35,354 nucleotides of DNA from Candidatus Methanodesulfokora washburnensis (lineage in GTDB: Archaea; Korarchaeota; Korarchaeia; Korarchaeales; Korarchaeaceae), in assembly GCF_003947435.1 (NCBI RefSeq), contig NZ_RCOS01000025.1, positions 1 through 35,354 of the forward strand. The letters run 5' to 3'. Shown here piece after piece: positions 8,820 to 16,164 of the stretch. A program made the translations under genes and the position numbers. Position 1 is the stretch's first letter. The number at the start of each line of letters is the position of its first letter. The notes below the pieces were generated by a model. The model was not told where the DNA came from and made no database searches. It saw only the letters and a list, made by a program, of their open reading frames with translations.

Positions 8820-9713
8820 TTAATGCAGAAAGTCTGATATGGAGACCAAACCCTTTGGCACCTTTGCTCTCGCTCCCAGCAGGGGATCAACAACCTGATT
8901 TATCCTTAGCTCCACAAGCAGGCTTCCCAGCATGTATGCATCCTCGAACTGGATGCCCTTAGCCCTCATTATTGCCCTTATTGCCTCCTCCGCAGCCTCT
9001 CTAACGGCATCATCTAGATCCTTGCCAGCTGCTATTACCTGAAAGCTTTCAGCTGTCTCCAGAACGGGCCAGTTCGGCATCTTACCCTTGATCAGGTTTA
9101 CCCTGACCAGGACTTCACCAGAAGCCTCTATAGCAGAGACACAGAGCTCGCCATCCGCCTGCACAGCGTGAAGATCTCCCAGCGCAAGCAGGGCTCCCTT
9201 TGTAAAGACAGGAAGATATAGCCTTGTTCCCATCCCCAACTCGCTCACATCCATGTTTCCGCCATGCCTACCGGGGTTCCCTGTCGGAACTTCTCCCTCC
9301 TCCAGTGCAACGCCTATAGTGCCTATCATGGGCTTTACCAGTATCCTAATATCGTTAAAGTAAACGAAGCTTCCATCCACCCTTACTACTCTGGCCTTTG
9401 GCATGAAGCTTAGGTGGGATAAGCCTCCATAGCCGGGTATGACAGCAATAGCTCCTCTTTCCTGCAGTTTTATATCCAGTATGTCCACAACCAGAGTATC
9501 TCCTGGATCAGCCCCCTCCACATAAAGAGGGCCTGTTGCCCCATCAACCCTCGACCAGTCCAGCTTATCTGGAGGCGTCTCTTCCCCTCTTACCTGTCCC
9601 CCGAAGGCATCCTCGGTTTCAAATAACACATACTCTCCGGGTGAGACCACCTCAGCCGGCTTATGCTTCGGGCTGAACGTGTATATTACGTTCTCCCTCC
9701 TTATCCTCTTCAT
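8820..9713 (-). CDS. Acetamidase/formamidase family amidohydrolase (FmdA_AmdA).
   Basis: Family-typical motif GPLYVEGADPGDTLVVDILDI. I place the start at the ATG at 9711-9713 (MKRIRREN…); the track ORF extends to a TTG at 9767, which would overlap the permease gene. Confidence 0.75.
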   Translation of the reverse strand: MKRIRRENVIYTFSPKHKPAEVVSPGEYVLFETEDAFGGQVRGEETPPDKLDWSRVDGATGPLYVEGADPGDTLVVDILDIKLQERGAIAVIPGYGGLSHLSFMPKARVVRVDGSFVYFNDIRILVKPMIGTIGVALEEGEVPTGNPGRHGGNMDVSELGMGTRLYLPVFTKGALLALGDLHAVQADGELCVSAIEASGEVLVRVNLIKGKMPNWPVLETAESFQVIAAGKDLDDAVREAAEEAIRAIMRAKGIQFEDAYMLGSLLVELRINQVVDPLLGARAKVPKGLVSISDFLH

Positions 9714-9763
9714 AGAATCACCTGTCCATTCAAAAGTTAAAAAAGTTGTGGTGGAAAATCTGT

Positions 9764-11374
9764 TCAAACTGGAGGTAGCTCTGTATATATCTTGGAGGGC
9801 TCTATTCCCTTCCTTTTGAGCCTGTAGATGCCAAAGAGATATATCAGGATTCCTACTACTATTACTAGCAGCATTGCTATTATTGAGATGTCGTTTATCG
9901 CTCCATAGTTAGGATCTGTTATCCAGTAGTAATTCGAGATCAGGTTCACGATAAGAGATGCCAGACCAAGCAATGAGATAACCGGCACTCCCGCAACTTT
10001 CCAATTTATCGTCGACCTTTCAAAGAGATCTCTCCTCCTGTATGGGAAGAATATTGCCGTAAGGGACATTATTATCACTGAGAATGAAAGTGCCATTATG
10101 CTTGAGATTACTTGAAGCTCTGGAACAAATATTATGATAAACAAAAATATCTCTGCTATTATGAACACTGTAAGAAGTGCGTATATAGGGGATTTGAATC
10201 TCTCGCTCACATCAGCAAACTTCTCAGGTATTAATCTATCGAAAGACCATGCAAAGAGCAATCTGCTATCGTTAAGGAGATTCTGGGCCATATACATCCA
10301 GCCAAGAAATATAAATCCTAAATTCGCCCAGATGTTTAGAAGAGGATTCTGTATTATGAGGAATGCTAACGTATTAAAATAGGGCTTTATGGGTATCGAG
10401 AGATTCTGAGGTGGGTTATAATATAGATATGAGAAGGCTGAGAAGAACTCTATACCCATTGCTTTCTCAAGCAAAAATGCCAATATTACAGTTAAACCTC
10501 CTATAAAGGCCAATCCTCCAATCCCCCCGATTAATTGTGATTTTTTTGGCTGAGAAATCTCTCCTGCTATAAAAACGGTTCCCATAGTCCATGGAACAGC
10601 CAAGTAAGCTGCTGGAAGAACTTTTATCAGATGCTCCACAGTATAACCATATATCCTCTCGGGTCCCCACCCAAGTCCTTTGGCAGCATTTATTATGGCA
10701 TTGTAGGAATCCGAAGTGCCTGTGTACTGTGATATCAATCTATTGAGGTTTTCTGCATAAATTCTAGGATCACAAAGAGCTAAATATATAGCACCGATCA
10801 ATATCCCAATGAATCCGATTATAAAAGTAACTAATTGTACTTTTATGAACTTATTTAAGCCGAAAGACGTCATGGCTAGAAATGCAAGCATGATGAGAGT
10901 CCCTATTATGAGAGCCGGAATGGGCTCAGCTAGCACATCACCTATTGAGACCAGCGATGAATTTCCGGTCACTAAGCCCAGTGTGAGAAACATCGTTGAT
11001 AATGCTACAGAGGAGAAGGTATATCCTCCGAAAGCAAACCAGAAAGCAAGCCAAATGAACCAATTCCAGCTGGATAGGAACCCCATGAATGGATGTAATG
11101 CCCTACTTATTATCACGTAATCTCCACCACTTCTGGGCATTGCTATTGACATTAAGGAGTAAACTAGAACCTGAAATACGAAGAGGAATGTTGATAATAT
11201 TAATCCTGGGATAAGGGCTTCGGCTGGAACTACATATAGTGCTATAAGATAGACGAAAACTAGTGCTGTGAAGTACGCTGTGAAGTAAACATTGTAGATG
11301 AAGGAATCCTTTGGATAAACCTCTCTAACGAGGCCAGAGGATTTCCTCACAAAAACAGATGGTACTTCCTCCAT
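9764..11374 (-). CDS. APC-superfamily amino-acid/amide permease (12-TM transporter), co-transcribed with the formamidase.
   Basis: Hydrophobic 12-TM-like translation with the APC motif MPRSGGDYV. ATG at 11372-11374 (MEEVPS…) is the likely start; the track ORF begins at a TTG at 11395. Its stop overlaps the formamidase start region. Confidence 0.75.
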   Translation of the reverse strand: MEEVPSVFVRKSSGLVREVYPKDSFIYNVYFTAYFTALVFVYLIALYVVPAEALIPGLILSTFLFVFQVLVYSLMSIAMPRSGGDYVIISRALHPFMGFLSSWNWFIWLAFWFAFGGYTFSSVALSTMFLTLGLVTGNSSLVSIGDVLAEPIPALIIGTLIMLAFLAMTSFGLNKFIKVQLVTFIIGFIGILIGAIYLALCDPRIYAENLNRLISQYTGTSDSYNAIINAAKGLGWGPERIYGYTVEHLIKVLPAAYLAVPWTMGTVFIAGEISQPKKSQLIGGIGGLAFIGGLTVILAFLLEKAMGIEFFSAFSYLYYNPPQNLSIPIKPYFNTLAFLIIQNPLLNIWANLGFIFLGWMYMAQNLLNDSRLLFAWSFDRLIPEKFADVSERFKSPIYALLTVFIIAEIFLFIIIFVPELQVISSIMALSFSVIIMSLTAIFFPYRRRDLFERSTINWKVAGVPVISLLGLASLIVNLISNYYWITDPNYGAINDISIIAMLLVIVVGILIYLFGIYRLKRKGIEPSKIYTELPPV

Positions 11375-11511
11375 ATTCGCACCCAAAGGAGGCAAAGTGC
11401 CTTTTATTTAAGCTTATCTCTCAAAGAAATGACACTATATATTCTTTATGGCAAAAAGATCAGATTTTCTGCCGTATTTAGACATTATAAAGGGCACAGA
11501 CGTGAGAGATC

Positions 11512-11645
11512 ATTTTTCAGCTTTCAGTCTTTTTCTCCAGTCTAGAGACAAGAGAGTTATTACTCTGGCTAAAGGTGTCTGATCGACAATGTCGCAAAGG
11601 GTGGGCAGAAGTCTTCTCTTCGCTTAGAGCTAGAGAAGAGGAAGG
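11512..11645 (-). pseudogene. Decayed, indel-ridden remnant copy of the 3' end plus terminator of the small membrane-protein gene at 4442-4762 (compare 4420-4560). It includes a short internal duplication of the …GCTTAGAG…AGAGAAGAGG segment.
   Basis: By-eye alignment: TTTTTGACAGCTTT…CTTTTTCTCCAGCTTAGAGGCAAGAATGAGAGTTATT…AAGGTTTCTGAT (4420-4545) against ATTTTTCAGCTTTCAG-TCTTTTTCTCCAGTCTAGAGACAAGA-GAGTTATT…AAGGTGTCTGAT (11512-11590). The reading frame is broken in the copy. Confidence 0.5.
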
Positions 11646-11753
11646 AAATAACTGTGTGTTATCGGTGCAATTTCAATCATCTTTATAGTACACCCTTATA
11701 GTACACCCTTTAAGTAACTTCAAAAGTTTTCACATATTTATATACGTTTCTCG

Positions 11754-11777
11754 AAATGTTTCCCATGGGAAACATTT
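11754..11777. promoter_or_regulatory. 24-bp perfect palindrome AAATGTTTCCCATGGGAAACATTT immediately upstream of and abutting a TATA-like box (TTATTATAAAAG, 11778-11789) of the DUF4143 ATPase gene. Candidate operator.
   Basis: Sequence read directly; it is its own reverse complement; ATG of the downstream gene at 11806 (leaderless-type spacing). Confidence 0.55.
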
Positions 11778-11805
11778 TTATTATAAAAGTGTTTCCTGTA
11801 GGTTA

Positions 11806-13071
11806 ATGGAGGGAACGCTCAGATCCCTGATCTCAGAGTGGTTTTACAGCGAGATACCCAAGCTGGTAAAGAGGGATATATCTCTTCCAATTAAGGGGAA
11901 TGCACTTGCATTAATTGGCCCTAGAAGAGCTGGAAAAACATTCATGATGTACCAGATTGTCTCAGATCTCATGCAGAGAGGGGTTGCAAAGGAGTCCACT
12001 GTCTACCTGAACTTTGAGGATTTGAGGCTCTCAAATCTCAGAAATGAGGATTTTCCAATGTTTCTGAAGTTATTGGCTGAGATGACAAAACCTTTGCCAT
12101 CGGGGGAGAAGGCACTTCTCCTGCTGGATGAAGTTCAGAACCTAAGCAATTGGGGAAGATGGGTCAGATCCCTTCTTGACAGGGGATACGCTGTGGTTGT
12201 ATCGGGTTCCTCCTCAAAGGTGGGGGTGAGGGAGATACCGACAGAGCTGAGGGGCAGATATCTGGAGAAGCTGGTTTTACCTCTATCCTTCAGGGAGTTC
12301 CTTAAGTTCAGAAGAGTTGACATAGAGTATCTGGAGGCCCCTGAGAAGAGGGGCAAAATATTGAGCTATTTGAGGGATTATTTGATGCTAGGAGGCTTCC
12401 CTGAGGTGGTTCTAAATCCCGAGCATGCAAAGGAGCTTTTAAGAGTTTACAGGGAGACCGTATTTTACAGGGATATAATAGAGAGGTTCAGGGTGAGGGA
12501 CATCTCCTCCTTCAGGCACTTTTTGGAGATGCTTGAGGGGAGCTTCGGAGGCTATTTCTCCATATCCTCAGCTCAAAAGACATTTAAAAGCATGGGAATT
12601 AAGAAGAGCAAGAAGACGCTGGCAAACTACCTAAAGTACTGTGAGGACTCCTTCTACATTATATCCGTGAGGAAGTTCTCGTTCAGCAGAAAAGCAATGA
12701 TACAGCAGCCCAGAAAAGTCTATCCCATAGATATGGGCTATATGAGAGGTGAATTTATGGGAAGGAGGATGGAAAGCTTAGTAGCTGTGGAGCTCATGAG
12801 AAGGGGGGATGAGGCTTACTACATGAAGGATGGCGATCATGAGGTTGACTTCCTTCTGGTGAAGGATGGAACTGTTAGAGAGGCGATACAGGTCAGCTAT
12901 GCCGTGGATGAAGTTGAAAAGAGGGAGATAGATGGGTTAAGGAAGGCAATCGGTATTTTCGGCGGGATTAAAGCCTCTGTCCTCACATGGGATCTGGAGG
13001 GAGAGAGATTAATTGATGGAAGAACTGTTAAGCTCATCCCTCTCTGGAAGTGGCTTCTCTTTTCTTCATAA
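11806..13071 (+). CDS. AAA+ ATPase of the AAA_14/DUF4143 family: N-terminal P-loop (GPRRAGKT) and C-terminal DUF4143, a restriction-endonuclease-like domain (EVDFLL…EAIQV).
   Basis: 421-aa ORF with ATG start; Walker A and DExx (LLLDEVQ) motifs; the architecture is typical of this widespread archaeal and bacterial family. Confidence 0.75.
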   Translation: MEGTLRSLISEWFYSEIPKLVKRDISLPIKGNALALIGPRRAGKTFMMYQIVSDLMQRGVAKESTVYLNFEDLRLSNLRNEDFPMFLKLLAEMTKPLPSGEKALLLLDEVQNLSNWGRWVRSLLDRGYAVVVSGSSSKVGVREIPTELRGRYLEKLVLPLSFREFLKFRRVDIEYLEAPEKRGKILSYLRDYLMLGGFPEVVLNPEHAKELLRVYRETVFYRDIIERFRVRDISSFRHFLEMLEGSFGGYFSISSAQKTFKSMGIKKSKKTLANYLKYCEDSFYIISVRKFSFSRKAMIQQPRKVYPIDMGYMRGEFMGRRMESLVAVELMRRGDEAYYMKDGDHEVDFLLVKDGTVREAIQVSYAVDEVEKREIDGLRKAIGIFGGIKASVLTWDLEGERLIDGRTVKLIPLWKWLLFSS

Positions 13072-13313
13072 TTTGTATATGAGATTTAAAATTCATTCTT
13101 TGCGAAATCATGAATAGCTGCTGTACTCACATTCAGGTACTTAAGTTCAAAGGCTTATACGGAATACCTCCTCAACTCTGGATTAAGCCCTCTTATCCAC
13201 TTTCAGAAGTATATATCCTCTAATGTTAAGAATTCGAAAAGATACATATCTGCCAAGGATGTGGGAATTGAGAGCCTCTCCGAGATTATATGGCCTCTTT
13301 TATCTTTATCTCT

Positions 13314-13598
13314 TTAAATCGGGCATTCTCCTTTCTCTGCTCTTCTTAGGATCTCTCTAAGCTCCTTAAATCTTCTACTTCTCTTTGTGAGATCCTCTAA
13401 AAGTCTGAGGAGCTTTTCACTAGTTCTCATTCTGCTTATCTCTAGGTGAAGCGAATCTACATCATTGCTGAAACCGTATTCATTCAAGGAAATGCCCATC
13501 TCCTTAGCTGATGCTATAATGAAATCTTCCAATCTATTTTCCAATGCTATCACAATACCCTGATCTAAGCAGAGAATCGTTATGCCCAGATCCGGCAT
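13314..13598 (-). CDS. Small ORF (94 aa) with a basic helical C-terminus (…KLLRLLEDLTKRSRRFKELREILRRAEKGE…). Partner ORF of the ATPase module.
   Basis: ATG start overlapping the end of the 60-aa ORF; co-directional and contiguous with the ATPase. Confidence 0.35.
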   Translation of the reverse strand: MPDLGITILCLDQGIVIALENRLEDFIIASAKEMGISLNEYGFSNDVDSLHLEISRMRTSEKLLRLLEDLTKRSRRFKELREILRRAEKGECPI

Positions 13599-13762
13599 TC
13601 TTCTCTCATCTCTAATATACTTATATAATTTAGAGATCCCTCATAATCCAGATCTATGAGACATACACCCTTGGACCTTACTACAGAACTCACTGCCCTT
13701 CCCTTTCCTCGGGAGTGAACGGGCTTAAATCCCATTATCTTAACTGTCCGGATAACACTCAA
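13580..13762 (-). CDS. Tiny ORF (60 aa, TTG start) 6 nt downstream of the AAA_21-like ATPase. Possibly the 5' part of a frameshifted partner gene, or a small toxin or antitoxin.
   Basis: Starts immediately after the ATPase stop; overlaps the next ORF by 19 nt in a different frame. Confidence 0.3.
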   Translation of the reverse strand: MSVIRTVKIMGFKPVHSRGKGRAVSSVVRSKGVCLIDLDYEGSLNYISILEMREECRIWA

Positions 13763-13768
13763 CGAAGA

Positions 13769-14791
13769 TCAAATTGTTTCCCCTAGCTCAAGAAAGACAT
13801 CAGCTCTCTCCGCTATGATCTCCTTTATCCTGCTGATATCAACGGCAGTGTACTCGCTTCTCATTCCTCTGGCCCTCGCTAAATATACGGAGAGCTCATA
13901 CTTCGGGACTTTATCTATTATTGTCTCGAGGAAATAGGGGTTGTGCGTTGTCACCACAAAACTGTTCTTGTTTAACGCTATCCTTTCAGCAAGGAGCTTT
14001 GTGTAGAAGGGAAAGGAGTGAACTTCAGGCTCTTCCATCACTATAATGGAATTCTCGTTTGTCTCGAGGGCACCGAAGCTGAAGAGAATCCTTTTTACAG
14101 TATCGGAGAGCAGATTATACCCTATTCTCAGTCCTCTTCCATTCTCAAACTTCCAGAACTCGATTTCATCGGTCTCCAAATTCAGGGAGAGCTTCAATCC
14201 CAAGTCCTCCAGTATCTTGGCTGCCGTGGACCCAAACCTCTGATTCACTTTCAGAAGATGTAACAGATTTAAGCCATGAGGCGGAAGGAGAAAGTTCCCC
14301 CATTCGATCTGCTTCTCCTCTGAATACCTGTAGAACATCACTTTATCCAGGATCCTGCTCAGACTCTCGAAATCTTCCAGCTTGGATTCCACGGTCATGT
14401 TGTCTATGTATAGGACCTTCTCCCCTTTCAGGGATATCTCGACCTTCCTATTTTTGCTATCATATGATAACTCAATCTTGTTCCCCCCAAGCTCTATTTC
14501 CGCTGTCTTCTCCGTGAAGCGGAAGAAGAGATCCGTTATCCTGTTTATCCTAGTGATTATTCTCAGGATATTCTGGAGATTGCTGAATCTCCATAGACCT
14601 TCTTCGACGCTGTACCTGCTAACGATTCCCGCATCCTCATAATTTTTCAGCTGTCCCAAAAAGGTGAACATGGAGAGAGCTTCTAAAAGGTTGGATTTTC
14701 CCGACTCAGGTGGGCCTATCACCACATTGACCCTGCTCAGGTCGAGAGAAGCTTCTTCTATGGATTTAAACCCCTTTACCCTGATTCTCAC
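13769..14791 (-). CDS. ABC-type ATPase of the AAA_21/AAA_15 (COG1106-like, OLD/Gabija/PARIS-ATPase-related) family.
   Basis: 340-aa ORF. Walker A GPPESGKS, Walker B/D-loop IIVMEEPEVHSFP, signature TTHNPYFLE. GTG start at 14789-14791 with TTTATAAA 21-29 nt upstream (14812-14820). Confidence 0.7.
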   Translation of the reverse strand: MRIRVKGFKSIEEASLDLSRVNVVIGPPESGKSNLLEALSMFTFLGQLKNYEDAGIVSRYSVEEGLWRFSNLQNILRIITRINRITDLFFRFTEKTAEIELGGNKIELSYDSKNRKVEISLKGEKVLYIDNMTVESKLEDFESLSRILDKVMFYRYSEEKQIEWGNFLLPPHGLNLLHLLKVNQRFGSTAAKILEDLGLKLSLNLETDEIEFWKFENGRGLRIGYNLLSDTVKRILFSFGALETNENSIIVMEEPEVHSFPFYTKLLAERIALNKNSFVVTTHNPYFLETIIDKVPKYELSVYLARARGMRSEYTAVDISRIKEIIAERADVFLELGETI

Positions 14792-14945
14792 AGGAGTTTT
14801 ACCATCAGAAGTTTATAAATATCTCTCATTCCTCCTGTTATTGAGAAACTTGCATATTCTAATGCTTCATTTATTATATCTGTTATCTCCGAGCTTGGCC
14901 TGATAACATCAGGTGCATCATAATCCAGTCTTCATCTTCCGAGGT

Positions 14946-15851
14946 TCAGGCACCAATAAGGCCCCTTATTCCGAACAGGTAGCCCAGCCACTCTCCTATG
15001 AAGTAGGTCAAAAATGCAGTGCCGAGAAGAAGGCCCAAAGTCTGCAGAAATTCGAACCTGAAATCCTTCTCAGCGTAGACAGATGCCTGAAATGTGAACA
15101 GCAATGTGAGAAGAGCTCCCACTGAAATGGATGCACCAAAGGCCAGATATATGTTGTGCGTCAGGAAATAGGGAAGAGATATGAGGGAGACAGCGAATAT
15201 ATAGCCTATACCTGTTACAAGAGCGGCTATAGCCGGGGATTTCCCCATATCATGCTTTGTCTGGAGATATGAGGCTGATGCCATTGAGATAGCCGCACCA
15301 ACTCCGACAATGAGGCCGATGACACCGGCCACTATGGTGTTGTTTGTTGTGCCAAGAGTGCCCGCATGAGTTCCCGTGATCTCAATTATTGCATCAGCCA
15401 AGCCGAGCACAAGAGCGCCCATGTACCTCACAATTGTCTCGTCAAGCTGGGAAATAAGGGCTTTTTCATGCTCCTCTTCCTCCCTTATGATGTTCTGAAG
15501 GGCTGCTAGGTCATCTCCATGAAGAAGGCCTTCCATGGACCTGTAGTGTATAATTGCTTTTTGTTCGCCCCGCTCAGAAAACTTAGCCACGAAGGTAACC
15601 CCGAAGATGAGCCGAAGAAGGGCCATTAAATATGCATGGAGGCGAACCCTCCAAAGGGAGGGTTTAACTTCAACAAACCTGCTTAAGAACTGGAAATGCC
15701 CAAGCTCCTGGGAGGAGAGGGTTTCAAGGATCCTTCTTCTTTTTTCGTTTCGCTCCAGCTTGGCCAAGATGCCGTATGTCACATACTCCCTGTACTCATC
15801 CAGAACAGCCTTTCTGGCAGCATCAGCTAGGGAACTGGAAATGCCCTCCAT
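14946..15851 (-). CDS. Membrane-bound ferritin-like protein (MbfA-like): N-terminal erythrin/ferritin-like diiron domain (two E-x-x-H motifs: ELGH, EEEH) fused to a C-terminal VIT1/CCC1 iron-transporter domain.
   Basis: VIT1 hallmark GLADAIIEITGTHAG… plus a C-terminal TM domain. The diiron ligand pattern is in the N-terminal 130 aa. ATG at 15849-15851 is the likely start; the track ORF starts at a TTG at 15863. Confidence 0.7.
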   Translation of the reverse strand: MEGISSSLADAARKAVLDEYREYVTYGILAKLERNEKRRRILETLSSQELGHFQFLSRFVEVKPSLWRVRLHAYLMALLRLIFGVTFVAKFSERGEQKAIIHYRSMEGLLHGDDLAALQNIIREEEEHEKALISQLDETIVRYMGALVLGLADAIIEITGTHAGTLGTTNNTIVAGVIGLIVGVGAAISMASASYLQTKHDMGKSPAIAALVTGIGYIFAVSLISLPYFLTHNIYLAFGASISVGALLTLLFTFQASVYAEKDFRFEFLQTLGLLLGTAFLTYFIGEWLGYLFGIRGLIGA

Positions 15852-16164
15852 CAAAAGGCACAACAGAATGCTTTAATAAACCTAACTCTCCTCCGGCGCA
15901 AATTCCCTGAGATAACAGGGAAGTGTTTAGGTTAAAGTTGCCACAAGCTGTGGAGTTAGCTATCTTCGCTGCTTATGTGATTTAAATCAGCCTGTACTGT
16001 GAGTAAACCGCTTTAGCTTTAGATATTTCTTTTTTTATTCAATTGAGAGCTCCGGAAGCTTGTTCAGGGAGAATACTAGCTCATACGTGTTCTTCTCCCT
16101 CACTCAGTTGTATACCTTTATATCCCAGTAGGGGCCGGGGGCATCCAATTAGACAATGTAATCG

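Noticed and set aside
13072-13313. Looked for tRNA or other structured RNA genes in the larger non-coding gaps (1-269, 2663-3229, 8720-8819, 11396-11805, 13072-13313, 15864-16164, 35230-35354).
   Set aside because: No cloverleaf-compatible GC-rich stems, no conserved T-loop (GTTCRANYC) or CCA context, and no archaeal intron bulge-helix-bulge motifs were seen. These gaps look like promoter and terminator DNA.
14664-15125. ORFs 14664-14903 and 14913-15125 on the plus strand, in and around the promoter of the AAA_21-like ATPase gene and the MbfA-like gene.
   Set aside because: They overlap the ATPase start/promoter region and the 3' end of the MbfA-like gene on the opposite strand. They have hydrophobic, low-complexity translations and no start context, so they are likely spurious.
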